Shown here in pieces: positions 40,701 through 58,700 of a stretch of DNA of 64,000 nucleotides. The DNA lies in assembly GCA_964016885.1 (NCBI GenBank), contig OZ024741.1, forward strand, positions 3,410,001 through 3,474,000, written 5' to 3'. The notes beneath the pieces were generated by a model. That model did no database searches, was not told the DNA's origin, and saw only the letters and a list, made by a program, of their open reading frames with translations. The number at the start of each line of letters is the position of its first letter. The first letter of the stretch is position 1. Made by a program: the position numbers and the translations under genes. The stretch comes from Eledone cirrhosa (Eukaryota).

Positions 40701-43700
40701 TAGACTATATATGTAGGTTGTTGGTGACTTAACACTATATACACACCTGCTAGACAATATATGTAGGTTGTTGGTGACTTAACACTATATACACACCTGC
40801 TAGACTATATATGTAGGTTGTTGGTGACTTAACTCTATATACACACCTGCTAGACTATATATGTAGGTTGTTGGTGACTTAACACTATATGCTCACCTCT
40901 TAGACTATATATTTAGGTTGTTGGTAATTTAACACTATATACACACCTCCTAGACTATATATGTAGTTTGTTGGTGACTTAACACTATATACACACCTGC
41001 TAGACTATATATGTAGATTGTTGATGACTTAACACTATATACACACCTGCTAGACTATATATGTAGGTTGTTGGTGACTAAACACTATATACACACCTGC
41101 GAGACTATATATGTAGGTTGTTGATGACTTAACACTATATACACACCTGCTAGACTATATATGTAGGTTGTTGGTGACTTAACGCTATATACACACCTGC
41201 TAGACTATATATGTAGGTTGTTGATAATTTAACACTATATACACACCTGCTAGACTATATATGTTGGTTGTTGATGTCTTAAGGCTATATACACACCTGC
41301 TAGACTATATATGTAGATTGTTGATGACTTAACACTATATACACACCTGCTAGACTATATATGTAGGTTGTTGGTGACTTAACGCTATATACACACCTGC
41401 TAGACTATATATATAGGTTGTTGATCACTTAACACTATATACACACCTGCTAGACTATATATGTTGGTTGTTGATGTCTTAACACTATATACACACCTGC
41501 TAGACTATATATGTAGATTGTTGATGACTTAACACTATATACACACCTGCTAGACTATATATGTAGGTTGTTGGTGACTTAACGCTATATACACACCTGC
41601 TAGACTATATATGTAGGTTGTTGGTGACTTAACACTATATACACACCTGCTGGACTATATATGTAGGTTGTTGGTGACTTAACGCTATATACACACCTGC
41701 TAGACTATATATGTAGGTTGTTGGTGACTTAACACTATATACACACCTGCTAGACTTTATATGTAGTTTGTTGGTGACTTAACGCTATATACACACCTGC
41801 TGGACTATATATGTAGGTTGTTGGCTACTTAACGCTATATACACACCTGCTAGACTATATATGTAGGTTGTTGGTGACTTAACACTATATACACACCTGC
41901 TAGAATATATATGTAGGTTGTTGGTGACTTAACACTATATACACGCCTGCTAGACGGTATATGTAGGTTGTTGATGACTTAACACGATATACACACCTGC
42001 TAGACTATATATGTATGTTTTTGATGACTTAACACTATATACACACCTGCTAGACTATATATGTAGGTTGTTGGTGACTTAACGTTATATACACACCTGC
42101 TAGACTATATATGTAGGTTGTTGGTGAGTTAACACTATATACACACCTACTAGACTATATATGTAGGTTGTTGGTGACTTAACACTATATACACACCTGC
42201 TAGACTATATATGTAGGTTGTTAGTGACTTAACGCTATATACACACATGCTAGACTATATATGTACTTTGTTGGTGACTTAACACTATATACACACTTGC
42301 TAGACTATATAATGTAGGTTGTTGGTGACTTAACATTATATACACACCTGCTAGACTATATATATAGGTTGTTGATGTCTTAACAATATATACACACCTG
42401 CTAGACTATATATGTACGATGTTGATGACTTAACGCTATATACACACCTGCTAGACTACATATGTAGGTTGTTGGTGACTTAACGCTATATAGACACCTG
42501 CGAGACTTTATATGTAGGTTGTTGGTGACTTAACACTATATACACACCTGATAGACTATATATGTAGGTTGTTGGTGAAATAACGCTATATACACACCTT
42601 CTAGACTATATATGTAGGTTGTTGGTGACTTAACACTATATATACACCTGCTAGACTACATATGTAGGTTGTTGGTGACTTAACACTATATACACACCTG
42701 CTAGACTATATATGTAGGTTGTTGGTGACTTAACACTATATATACACCTGCTAGACTATATATGTACGATGTTGGTGATTTAACGCTATATACACACCTG
42801 CTTAACTATATATGTAGGTTGTTGGTGACTTAACACTATATACACACCTGCTAGACTATATATGTAGGTTGTTGGTCACCTAACGCTATATACACACCTG
42901 CTAGACTATATATGTAGGTTGTTGATGACTTAACGTTATATACACACCTGCTAGACTATATATGTAGGTTGTTGGTGACTAAACACTATATACACACCTG
43001 CTAGACTATATATGTAGGTTGTTGATGACTTAACGTTATATACACACCTGCTAGACTATATATGTAGGTTGTTGATGACTTAACGTTATATACACACCTG
43101 CTAGACTATATATGTAGGTTATTGGTGACTTAACACTATATACACACCTGCTAGACTATATATGTAGGTTGTTGGTGACTTAACACTATATACACACCTG
43201 CTAGACTATATATGTAGGTTGTTGGTGACTTAACACTATATACTCACCTCTTAGACTATATATTTAGGTTGTTGGTAATTTAAGACTATATACACACCTG
43301 CTAGACTATATATGTAGTGTGTTGGTGACTTAACACTATATACACACCTGCTAGACTATATATGTAGGTTGTTGGTGACTTAACACTATATACTCACTTC
43401 TTAGACTATATATGTAGATTGTTGATGACTTAACACTATATACACACCTGCTAGACTATATATGTAGGTTGTTGGTGACTTAACGCTATATACACACCTG
43501 CTAGACTATATATGTAGGTTGTTGATCACTTAACACTATATACACACCTGCTAGACTATATATGTTGGTTGTTGATGTCTCAACACTATATACACACCTG
43601 CTAGACTATATATGTAGATTGTTGATGACTTAACACTATATACACACCTGCTAGACTATATATGTAGGTTGTTGGTGACTTAACGCTATATACACACCTG

Positions 43701-46700
43701 CTAGACTATATATGTAGGTTGTTGGTGACTTAACACTATATACACACCTGCTAGTCTATATATGTAAGTTGTTGGTGACTTAACACTATATACACACCTG
43801 CTAGACTATATATGTAGGTTGTTGGTGAATTAACGCTATATACACACCTGCTAGACTATATATGTTGGTTGTTGGTGACTTAACACTATATACACACCTG
43901 CTAGACTATATATGTAGGTTGTTGGTGACTTAACACTATATACACACCTGCTGGACTATTTATGTAGGTTGTTGGTGACTTAACGCTATATACACACCTG
44001 CTAGACTATATATGTAGGTTGTTGGTGATTAACACTATATACACACCTGCTAGACTATATATGTAGGTTGTTGGTGACTTAACACTATATACACACCTGC
44101 TAGACTATATATGTAGGTTGTTGATGTCTTAACACTATATACACACCTGCTAGACTATATATGTAGATTGTTGATGACTTAACACTATATACACACCTGC
44201 TAGACTATATATGTAGGTTGTTGGTGACTTAACACTATAGACACACACCTGCTAGACTATATATGTAGGTTGTTGATGACTTAACGTTATATACACACCT
44301 GCTAGACTATATATGTAGGTTGTTGGTGAAATAACACTATATACACACCTACTAGACTATATATGTAGGTTGTTGGTGACTTAACACTATATACACACCT
44401 GCTAGACTATATATGTAGGTTGTTAGTGACTTAACGCTATATACACACATGCTAGACTATATATGTACTTTGTTGGTGACTTAACACTATATACACACCT
44501 GCTAGACTATATATGTAGGTTGTTGGTGACTTAACACTATATACACACCTGCTAGACTATATATTTACGATGTTGGTGACTTAACACTATATACACACCT
44601 GCTAGACTATATAATGTAGGTTGTTGGTGACTTAACATTATATACACACCTGCTAGACTATATATATAGGTTGTTGATGTCTTAACAATATATACACACC
44701 TGCTAGACTATATATGTACGATGTTGATGACTTAACGCTATATACACACCTGCTAGACTACATATGTAGGTTGTTGGTGACTTAACGCTATATAGACACC
44801 TGCTAGACTTTATATGTAGGTTGTTGGTGACTTAACACTATATACACACCTGCTAGACTATATATGTAGGTTGTTGGTGAAATAACGTTATATACACACC
44901 TTCTAGACTATATATGTAGGTTGTTGGTGAAATAACGCTATATACACACATGCTAGACTATATATGTACTTTGTTGGTGACTTAACACTATATACACACC
45001 TGATAGACTATATATGTAGGTTGTTGGTGAAATAACGTTATATACACACCTTCTAGACTATATATGTAGGTTGTTGGTGACTTAACACTATATATACAAC
45101 TGCTAGACTACATATGTAGGTTGTTGGTGACTTAACACTATATACACACCTGCTAGACTATATATGTAGGTTGTTGATGTCTTAACACTATATACACACC
45201 TGCTAGACTATATATGTACGATGTTGGTGATTTAACGCTATATACACACCTGCTTAACTATATATGTAGGTTGTTGGTGACTTAACACTATATACACACC
45301 TGCTAGACTATATATGTAGGTTGTTGGTCACCTAACGCTATATACACACCTGCTAGACTATATATGTAGGTTGTTGATGACTTAACGTTATATACACACC
45401 TGCTAGACTATATATGTAGGTTGTTGGTGACTAAACACTATATACACACCTGCTAGACTATATATGTAGGTTGTTGATGACTTAACGTTATATACACACC
45501 TGCTAGACTATATATGTAGGTTGTTGATGACTTAACGTTATATACACACCTGCTAGACTATATATGTAGGTTGTTGGTGACTTAACACTATATACACACC
45601 TGCTAGACTATATATCTAGGTTGTTGGTGACTTAACACTATATACACACCTGCTAGACTATATATGTAGGTTGTTGGTGACTTAACACTACATACTCACC
45701 TCTTAGACTATATATTTAGGTTGTTGGTAATTTAACACTATATACACACCTGCTAGACTATATATGTAGTTTGTTGGTGACTTAACACTATATACACACC
45801 TGCTAGACTATATATGTAGGTTGTTGGTGACTTAACACTATATACTCACTTCTTAGACTATATATGTAGATTGTTGATGACTTAACACTATATACACACC
45901 TGCTAGACTATATATGTAGGTTGTTGGTGACTTAACGCTATATACACACCTGCTAGACTATATATGTAGGTTGTTGATCACTTAACACTATATACACACC
46001 TGCTAGACTATATATGTTGGTTGTTCATGTCTTAACACTATATATACACCTGCTAGACTATATATGTAGATTGTTGATGACTTAACACTATATACACACC
46101 TGCTAGACTATATATGTAGGTTGTTGGTGACTTAACGCTATATACACACCTGCTAGACTATATATGTAGGTTGTTGGTGACTTAACACTATATACACACC
46201 TGCTAGTCTATATATGTAGGTTGTTGGTGACTTAACACTATATATACACCTGCTAGACTATATATGTAGGTTGTTGGTGACTTAACACTATATACACACC
46301 TGCTAGACTATATATGTAGGTTGTTGGTGACTTAACACTATATATACACCTGCTAGACTATATATGTAGGTTGTTGGTGACTTAACACTATATACACACC
46401 TGCTAGACTATATATGTAGGTTGTTGGTGAATTAACGCTATATACACACCTGCTAGACTATATATGTTGGTTGTTGGTGACTTAACACTATATACACACC
46501 TGCTAGACTATATATGTAGGTTGTTGGTGACTTAACACTATATACACACCTGCTGGACTATTTATGTAGGTTGTTGGTGACTTAACGCTATATACACACC
46601 TGCTAGACTATATATGTTGGTTGTTGGTGATTAACACTATATACACACCTGCTAGACTATATATGTAGGTTGTTGGTGACTTAACACTATATACACACCT

Positions 46701-49700
46701 GCTAGACTATATATGTAGGTTGTTGGTGACTTAACACTATATACACCTGCTGTACTATATATGTAGGTTGTTGATGTCTTAACACTATATACACACCTGC
46801 TAGACTATATATGTAGATTGTTGATGACTTAACACTATAGACACACACCTGCTGGACTATTTATGTAGGTTGTTGGTGACTTAACGCTATATACACACCT
46901 GCTAGACTATATATGTTGGTTGTTGGTGATTAACACTATATACACACCTGCTAGACTATATATGTAGGTTGTTGGTGACTTAACACTATATACACACCTG
47001 CTAGACTATATATGTATGTTGTTGGTGACTTAACACTATATACACACCTGCTAGTCTATATATTTAGGTTGTTGGTGACTTAACACTATATACACACCTG
47101 CTAGACTATATATGTAGGTTTTTGGTGACTTAACACTATATACACACCTGCTGGAATATATATGTAGGCTGTTGTTGACTTAAAACTATATACACACCTG
47201 CTAGACTATATATGTAGGTTGTTGATGACTTAACGCTATATACACACCTGCTAGACTATATATGTAGGTTGTTGGTGACTTAACACTATATACACCTGCT
47301 GTACTATATATGTAGGTTGTTGGTGACTTAACACTATATACACCTGCTGTACTATATATGTAGGTTGTTGGTGACTTAACGCTATATACACACCTGCTAG
47401 ACTGTATATGTAGGTTGTTGATGACTTAACGCTATATACACACCTGCTAGACTATATATGTAGGTTGTTGGTGACTTAACACTATATACACACCTGCTAG
47501 ACTATATATGTAGGTTGTTGGTGACTTAACACTATATACACACCTGATAGACTATATATGTAGGTTGTTGATGTCTTAACACTATATACACACCTGCTAG
47601 ACTATATATGTAGGTTGTTGGTGACTTAACACTATATACACACCTGCTAGTCTATATATGTAAGTTGTTGGTGACTTAACACTATATACACACCTGCTAG
47701 ACTATATATGTAGGTTGTTGGTGAATTAACGCTATATACACACCTGCTAGACTATATATGTTGGTTGTTGGTGACTTAACACTATATACACACCTGCTAG
47801 ACTATATATGTAGGTTTTTGGTGACTTACACTATATACACACCTGCTGGAATATATATGTAGGCTGTTGTTGACTTAAAACTATATACACACCTGCTAGA
47901 CTATATATGTAGGTTGTTGATGACTTAACGCTATATACACACCTGCTAGACTATATATGTACGTTGTTGGTGACTTAACACTATATACACCTGCAGTACT
48001 ATATATGTAGGTTGTTGGTGACTTAACACTATATACACCTGCTGTACTATATATGTAGGTTGTTGGTGACATAACGCTATATACACACCTGCTAGACTGT
48101 ATATGTAGGTTGTTGATGACTTAACGCTATATACACACCTGCTAGACTATATATGTAGGTTGTTGGTGACTAAACACTATATACACACCTGCGAGACTAT
48201 ATATGTAGGTTGTTGATGACTTAACACTATATACACACCTGCTAGACTATATATGTAGGTTGTTGGTGACTTAACGCTATATACACACCTGCTAGACTAT
48301 ATATGTAGGTTGTTGATCACTTAACACTATATACACACCTGCTAGACTATATATGTTGGTTGCTGATGTCTTAACACTATATACACACCTGCTAGACTAT
48401 ATATGTAGATTGTTGATGACTTAACACTATATACACACCTGCTAGACTATATATGTAGGTTGTTGGTGACTTAACGCTATATACACACCTGCTAGACTAT
48501 ATATGTAGGTTGTTGGTGAATTAACGCTATATACACACCTGCTAGACTATATATGTTGGTTGTTGGTGACTTAACACTATATACACACCTGCTAGACTAT
48601 ATATGTAGGTTGTTGGTGACTTAACACTATATACACACCTGCTGGACTATTTATGTAGGTTGTTGGTGACTTAACACTATATACACACCTGCTAGACTAT
48701 ATATGTAGGTTGTTGGTGATTAACACTATATACACACCTGCTAGACTATATATGTAGGTTGTTGATGTCTTAACACTATATACACACCTGCTAGACTATA
48801 TATGTAGATTGTTGATGACTTAACACTATATACACACCTGCTAGACTATATATGTAGGTTGTTGGTGATTAACACTATATACACACCTGCTAGACTATAT
48901 ATGTAGGTTGTTGGTGACTTAACACTATATACACACCTGCTAGACTATATATGTAGGTTGTTGATGTCTTAACACTATATACACACCTGCTAGACTATAT
49001 ATGTAGATTGTTGATGACTTAACACTATATACACACCTGCTAGACTATATATGTAGGTTGTTGGTGACTTAACGCTATATACACACCTGCTAGACTATAT
49101 ATGTAGGTTGTTGGTGAATTAACGCTATATACACACCTGCTAGACTATATATGTTGGTTGTTGGTGACTTAACACTATATACACACCTGCTAGACTATAT
49201 ATGTAGGTTGTTGGTGACTTAACACTATATACACACCTGCTGGACTATTTATGTAGGTTGTTGGTGACTTAACACTATATACACACCTGCTAGACTATAT
49301 ATGTAGGTTGTTGGTGATTAACACTATATACACACCTGCTAGACTATATATGTAGGTTGTTGATGTCTTAACACTATATACACACCTGCTAGACTATATA
49401 TGTAGATTGTTGATGACTTAACACTATATACACACCTGCTAGACTATATATGTAGGTTGTTGGTGATTAACACTATATACACACCTGCTAGACTATATAT
49501 GTAGGTTGTTGGTGACTTAACACTATATACACACCTGCTAGACTATATATGTAGGTTGTTGATGTCTTAACACTATATACACACCTGCTAGACTATATAT
49601 GTAGATTGTTGATGACTTAACACTATATACACACCTGCTAGACTATATATGTAGGTTGTTGGTGACTTAACACTATAGACACACACCTGCCAGAATATAT

Positions 49701-52700
49701 ATGTAGGTTGTTGGTGACTTAACGCTATATACACACCTGCTAGACTATATATGTATGTTGTTGGTGACTTAACACTATATACACACCTGCTAGTCTATAT
49801 ATTTAGGTTGTTGGTGACTTAACACTATATACACACCTGCTAGACTATATATGTAGGTTTTTGGTGACTTAACACTATATACACACCTGCTGGAATATAT
49901 ATGTAGGCTGTTGTTGACTTAAAACTATATACACACCTGCTAGACTATATATGTAGGTTGTTGATGACTTAACGCTATATACACACCTGCTAGACTATAT
50001 ATGTAGGTTGTTGGTGACTTAACACTATATACACCTGCTGTACTATATATGTAGGTTGTTGGTGTCTTAACACTATATACACCTGCTGTACTATATATGT
50101 AGGTTGTTGGTGACTTAACGCTATATACACACCTGCTAGACTGTATATGTAGGTTGTTGATGACTTAACGCTATATACACACCTGCTAGACTATATATGT
50201 AGGTTGTTGGTGACTTAACACTATATACACACCTGCTAGACTATATATGTAGGTTGTTGGTGACTTAACACTATATACACACCTGCTAGACTATATATGT
50301 AGGTTGTTGATGTCTTAACACTATATACACACCTGCTAGACTATATATGTAGGTTGTTGGTGACTTAACTCTATATACACACCTGCTAGACTATATATGT
50401 AGGTTGTTGGTGACTTAACACTATATACACACCTGCTAGACTATATATGTAGGTTGTTGGTGACTTAACACTATATACACACCTGCTAGACTATATATGT
50501 AGGTTGTTGGTGACTTAACACTATATACACACCTGCTAGTCTATATATGTAAGTTGTTGGTGACTTAACACTATATACACACCTGCTAGACTATATATGT
50601 CGGTTGTTGGTGAATTAACGCTATATACACACCTGCTAGACTATATATGTTGGTTGTTGGTGACTTAACACTATATACACACCTGCTAGACTATATATGT
50701 AGGTTGTTGGTGACTTAACACTATATACACATCTGCTGGACTATATATGTAGGTTGTTGGTGACTTAACGCTATATACACACCTGCTAGACTATATATGT
50801 AGGTTGTTGGTGATTAACACTATATACACACCTGCTAGACTATATATGTAGGTTGTTGGTGACTTAACACTATATACACACCTGCTAGACTATATATGTA
50901 GGTTGTTGATGTCTTAACACTATATACACACCTGCTAGACTATATATGTAGATTGTTGATGACTTAACACTATATACACACCTGCTAGACTATATATGTA
51001 GGTTGTTGGTGACTTAACACTATATACACACCTACCTAGAATATATATGTAGGTTGTTGGTGACTTAACACTATATACACACCTGCTAGACTATATATGT
51101 ATGTTGTTGGTGACTTAACACTATATACACACCTGCTAGTCTATATATTTAGGTTGTTGGTGACTTAACACTATATACACACCTGCTAGACTATATATGT
51201 AGGTTGTTGGTGACTTAACACTATATACACACCTGCTAGTCTATATATGTAAGTTGTTGGTGACTTAACACTATATACACACCTGCTAGACTATATATGT
51301 AGGTTGTTGGTGAATTAACGCTATATACACACCTGCTAGACTATATATGTTGGTTGTTGGTGACTTAACACTATATACACACCTGCTAGACTATATATGT
51401 ACGTTGTTGGTGACTTAACACTATATACACCTGCTGTACTATATATGTAGGTTGTTGGTGACATAACGCTATATACACACCTGCTAGACTGTATATGTAG
51501 GTTGTTGATGACTTAACGCTATATACACACCTGCTAGACTATATATGTAGGTTGTTGGTGACTAAACACTATATACACACCTGCGAGACTATATATGTAG
51601 GTTGTTGATGACTTAACACTATATACACACCTGCTAGACTATATATGTAGGTTGTTGGTGACTTAACGCTATATACACACCTGCTAGACTATATATGTAG
51701 GTTGTTGATCACTTAACACTATATACACACCTGCTAGACTATATATGTTGGTTGCTGATGTCTTAACACTATATACACACCTGCTAGACTATATATGTAG
51801 ATTGTTGATGACTTAACACTATATACACACCTGCTAGACTATATATGTAGGTTGTTGGTGACTTAACGCTATATACACACCTGCTAGACTATATATGTAG
51901 GTTGTTGGTGAATTAACGCTATATACACACCTGCTAGACTATATATGTTGGTTGTTGGTGACTTAACACTATATACACACCTGCTAGACTATATATGTAG
52001 GTTGTTGGTGACTTAACACTATATACACACCTGCTGGACTATTTATGTAGGTTGTTGGTGACTTAACGCTATATACACACCTGCTAGACTATATATGTAG
52101 GTTGTTGGTGACTTAACACTATATACACACCTGCTGGACTATTTATGTAGGTTGTTGGTGACTTAACACTATATACACACGTGCTAGACTATATATGTAC
52201 GATGTTGGTGACTTAACGCTATATACACACCTGCTAGACTATATATGTAGGTTGTTGGTGACTTAACGCTATATACACACCTGCTAGACTATATATGTAG
52301 GTTGTTGGTGAATTAACGCTATATACACACCTGCTAGACTATATATGTTGGTTGTTGGTGACTTAACACTATATACACACCTGCTAGACTATATATGTAG
52401 GTTGTTGGTGACTTAACACTATATACACACCTGCTGGACTATTTATGTAGGTTGTTGGTGACTTAACGCTATATACACACCTGCTAGACTATATATGTAG
52501 GTTGTTGGTGACTTAACACTATATACACACCTGCTAGACTATATATGTAGGTTGTTGATGTCTTAACACTATATACACACCTGCTAGACTATATATGTAC
52601 GATGTTGGTGACTTAACGCTATATACACACCTGCTAGACTATATATGTAGGTTGTTGGTGACTTAACGCTATATACACACCTGCTAGACTATATATGTAG

Positions 52701-55700
52701 GTTGTTGGTGAATTAACGCTATATACACACCTGCTAGACTATATATGTTGGTTGTTGGTGACTTAACACTATATACACACCTGCTAGACTATATATGTAG
52801 GTTGTTGATGTCTTAACACTATATACACACCTGCTAGACTATATATGTAGATTGTTGATGACTTAACACTATATACACACCTGCTAGACTATATATGTAG
52901 GTTGTTGGTGACTTAACACTATAGACACACACCTGCCAGAATATATATGTAGGTTGTTGATGTCTTAACACTATATACACACCTGCTAGACTATATATGT
53001 AGGTTGTTGGTGACTTAACGCTATATACACACCTGCTAGACTATATATGTATGTTGTTGGTGACTTAACACTATATACACACCTGCTAGTCTATATATTT
53101 AGGTTGTTGGTGACTTAACACTATATACACACCTGCTAGACTATATATGTAGGTTTTTGGTGACTTAACACTATATACACACCTGCTGGAATATATATGT
53201 AGGCTGTTGTTGACTTAAAACTATATACACACCTGCTAGACTATATATGTAGGTTGTTGATGACTTAACGCTATATACACACCTGCTAGACTATATATGT
53301 AGGTTGTTGGTGACTTAACACTATATACACCTGCTGTACTATATATGTAGGTTGTTGGTGTCTTAACACTATATACACCTGCTGTACTATATATGTAGGT
53401 TGTTGGTGACTTAACGCTATATACACACCTGCTAGACTGTATATGTAGGTTGTTGATGACTTAACGCTATATACACACCTGCTAGACTATATATGTAGGT
53501 TGTTGGTGACTTAACACTATATACACACCTGCTAGACTATATATGTAGGTTGTTGGTGACTTAACACTATATACACACCTGCTAGACTATATATGTAGGT
53601 TGTTGATGTCTTAACACTATATACACACCTGCTAGACTATATATGTAGGTTGTTGGTGACTTAACTCTATATACACACCTGCTAGACTATATATGTAGGT
53701 TGTTGGTGACTTAACACTATATACACACCTGCTAGACTATATATGTAGGTTGTTGGTGACTTAACACTATATACACACCTGCTAGACTATATATGTAGGT
53801 TGTTGGTGACTTAACACTATATACACACCTGCTAGTCTATATATGTAAGTTGTTGGTGACTTAACACTATATACACACCTGCTAGACTATATATGTCGGT
53901 TGTTGGTGAATTAACGCTATATACACACCTGCTAGACTATATATGTTGGTTGTTGGTGACTTAACACTATATACAAACCTGCTAGACTATATATGTAGGT
54001 TGTTGGTGACTTAACACTATATACACATCTGCTGGACTATATATGTAGGTTGTTGGTGACTTAACGCTATATACACACCTGCTAGACTATATATGTAGGT
54101 TGTTGGTGATTAACACTATATACACACCTGCTAGACTATATATGTAGGTTGTTGGTGACTTAACACTATATACACACCTGCTAGACTATATATGTAGGTT
54201 GTTGATGTCTTAACACTATATACACACCTGCTAGACTATATATGTAGATTGTTGATGACTTAACACTATATACACACCTGCTAGACTATATATGTAGGTT
54301 GTTGGTGACTTAACACTATATACACACCTACCTAGAATATATATGTAGGTTGTTGGTGACTTAACACTATATACACACCTGCTAGACTATATATGTATGT
54401 TGTTGGTGACTTAACACTATATACACACCTGCTAGTCTATATATTTAGGTTGTTGGTGACTTAACACTATATACACACCTGCTAGACTATATATGTAGGT
54501 TGTTGGTGACTTAACACTATATACACACCTGCTAGACTATATATGTAGGTTGTTGGTGACTTAACACTATATACACACCTGCTAGACTATATATGTAGGT
54601 TGTTGATGTCTTAACACTATATACACACCTGCTAGACTATATATGTAGGTTGTTGGTGACTTAACTCTATATACACACCTGCTAGACTATATATGTAGGT
54701 TGTTGGTGACTTAACACTATATACACACCTGCTAGACTATATATGTAGGTTGTTGGTGACTTAACACTATATACACACCTGCTAGACTATATATGTAGGT
54801 TGTTGGTGACTTAACACTATATACACACCTGCTAGTCTATATATGTAAGTTGTTGGTGACTTAACACTATATACACACCTGCTAGACTATATATGTAGGT
54901 TGTTGGTGAATTAACGCTATATACACACCTGCTAGACTATATATGTTGGTTGTTGGTGACTTAACACTATATACACACCTGCTAGACTATATATGTAGGT
55001 TGTTGGTGACTTAACACTATATACACACCTGCTGGACTATATATGTAGGTTGTTGGTGACTTAACGCTATATACACACCTGCTAGACTATATATGTAGGT
55101 TGTTGGTGATTAACACTATATACACACCTGCTAGACTATATATGTAGGTTGTTGGTGACTTAACACTATATACACACCTGCTAGACTATATATGTAGGTT
55201 GTTGATGTCTTAACACTATATACACACCTGCTAGACTATATATGTAGATTGTTGATGACTTAACACTATATACACACCTGCTAGACTATATATGTAGGTT
55301 GTTGGTGACTTAACACTATATACACACCTACCTAGAATATATATGTAGGTTGTTGGTGACTTAACACTATATACACACCTGCTAGACTATATATGTATGT
55401 TGTTGGTGACTTAACACTATATACACACCTGCTAGTCTATATATTTAGGTTGTTGGTGACTTAACACTATATACACACCTGCTAGACTATATATGTAGGT
55501 TTTTGGTGACTTACACTATATACACACCTGCTGGAATATATATGTAGGCTGTCGTTGACTTAAAACTATATACACACCTGCTAGACTATATATGTAGGTT
55601 GTTGATGACTTAACGCTATATACACACCTGCTAGACTATATATGTACGTTGTTGGTGACTTAAAACTATATACACCTGCAGTACTATATATGTAGGTTGT

Positions 55701-58700
55701 TGGTGACTTAACACTATATACACCTGCTGTACTATATATGTAGGTTGTTGGTGACTTAACGCTATATACACACCTGCTAGACTGTATATGTAGGTTGTTG
55801 ATGACTTAACGCTATATACACACCTGCTAGACTATATATGTAGGTTGTTGGTGACTAAACACTATATACACACCTGCGAGACTATATATGTAGGTTGTTG
55901 ATGACTTAACACTATATACACACCTGCTAGACTATATATGTAGGTTGTTGGTGACTTAACGCTATATACACACCTGCTAGACTATATATGTAGGTTGTTG
56001 ATCACTTAACACTATATACACACCTGCTAGACTATATATGTTGGTTGCTGATGTCTTAACACTATATACACACCTGCTAGACTATATATGTAGATTGTTG
56101 ATGACTTAACACTATATACACACCTGCTAGACTATATATGTAGGTTGTTGGTGACTTAACGCTATATACACACCTGCTAGACTATATATGTAGGTTGTTG
56201 GTGACTTAACACTATATACACACCTGCTAGACTTTATATGTAGTTTGTTGGTGACTTAACGCTATATACACACCTGCTGGACTATATATGTAGGTTGTTG
56301 GCTACTTAACGCTATATACACACCTGCTAGACTATATATGTAGGTTGTTGGTGACTTAACACTATATACACACCTGCTAGAATATATATGTAGGTTGTTG
56401 GTGACTTAACACTATATACACGCCTGCTAGACGGTATATGTAGGTTGTTGATGACTTAACACGATATACAGACCTGCTAGACTATATATGTATATTTTTG
56501 ATGACTTAACACTATATACACACCTGCTAGACTATATATGTAGGTTGTTGGTGACTTAACGTTATATACACACCTGCTAGACTATATATGTAGGTTGTTG
56601 GTGAGTTAACACTATATACACACCTACTAGACTATATATGTAGGTTGTTGGTGACTTAACACTATATACACACCTGCTAGACTATATATGTAGGTTGTTA
56701 GTGATTTAACGCTATATACACACATGCTAGACTATATATGTACTTTGTTGGTGACTTAACACAATATACACACCTGCTAGACTATATATGTAGGTTGTTG
56801 GTGACTTAACACTATATACACACCTGCTAGTCTATATATTTAGGTTGTTGGTGACTTAACACTATATACACACCTGCTGGAATATATATGTAGGCTGTTG
56901 TTGACTTAAAACTATATACACACCTGCTAGACTATATATGTAGGTTGTTGATGACTTAACGCTATATACACACCTGCTAGACTATATATGTAGGTTGTTG
57001 GTGACTTAACACTATATACACCTGCTGTACTATATATGTAGGTTGTTGGTGACTTAACGCTATATACACACCTGCTAGACTATATATGTAGGTTGTTGGT
57101 GATTAACACTATATACACACCTGCTAGACTATATATGTAGGTTGTTGGTGACTTAACACTATATACACACCTGCTAGACTATATATGTAGGTTGTTGATG
57201 TCTTAACACTATATACACACCTGCTAGACTATATATGTAGATTGTTGATGACTTAACACTATATACACACCTGCTAGACTATATATGTAGGTTGTTGGTG
57301 ACTTAACACTATATACACACCTACCTAGAATATATATGTAGGTTGTTGGTGACTTAACACTATATACACACCTGCTAGACTATATATGTATGTTGTTGGT
57401 GACTTAACACTATATACACACCTGCTAGTCTATATATTTAGGTTGTTGGTGACTTAACACTATATACACACCTGCTAGACTATATATGTAGGTTGTTGGT
57501 GACTTAACACTATATACACACCTGCTAGACTATATATGTAGGTTGTTGGTGACTTAACACTATATACACACCTGCTAGACTATATATGTAGGTTGTTGAT
57601 GTCTTAACACTATATACACACCTGCTAGACTATATATGTAGGTTGTTGGTGACTTAACTCTATATACACACCTGCTAGACTATATATGTAGGTTGTTGGT
57701 GACTTAACACTATATACACACCTGCTAGACTATATATGTAGGTTGTTGGTGACTTAACACTATATACACACCTGCTAGACTATATATGTAGGTTGTTGGT
57801 GACTTAACACTATATACACACCTGCTAGTCTATATATGTAAGTTGTTGGTGACTTAACACTATATACACACCTGCTAGACTATATATGTAGGTTGTTGGT
57901 GAATTAACGCTATATACACACCTGCTAGACTATATATGTTGGTTGTTGGTGACTTAACACTATATACACACCTGCTAGACTATATATGTAGGTTGTTGGT
58001 GACTTAACACTATATACACACCTGCTGGACTATATATGTAGGTTGTTGGTGACTTAACGCTATATACACACCTGCTAGACTATATATGTAGGTTGTTGGT
58101 GATTAACACTATATACACACCTGCTAGACTATATATGTAGGTTGTTGGTGACTTAACACTATATACACACCTGCTAGACTATATATGTAGGTTGTTGATG
58201 TCTTAACACTATATACACACCTGCTAGACTATATATGTAGATTGTTGATGACTTAACACTATATACACACCTGCTAGACTATATATGTAGGTTGTTGGTG
58301 ACTTAACACTATATACACACCTACCTAGAATATATATGTAGGTTGTTGGTGACTTAACACTATATACACACCTGCTAGACTATATATGTATGGTGTTGGT
58401 GACTTAACACTATATACACACCTGCTAGTCTATATATTTAGGTTGTTGGTGACTTAACACTATATACACACCTGCTAGACTATATATGTAGGTTTTTGGT
58501 GACTTACACTATATACACACCTGCTGGAATATATATGTAGGCTGTCGTTGACTTAAAACTATATACACACCTGCTAGACTATATATGTAGGTTGTTGATG
58601 ACTTAACGCTATATACACACCTGCTAGACTATATATGTACGTTGTTGGTGACTTAAAACTATATACACCTGCAGTACTATATATGTAGGTTGTTGGTGAC

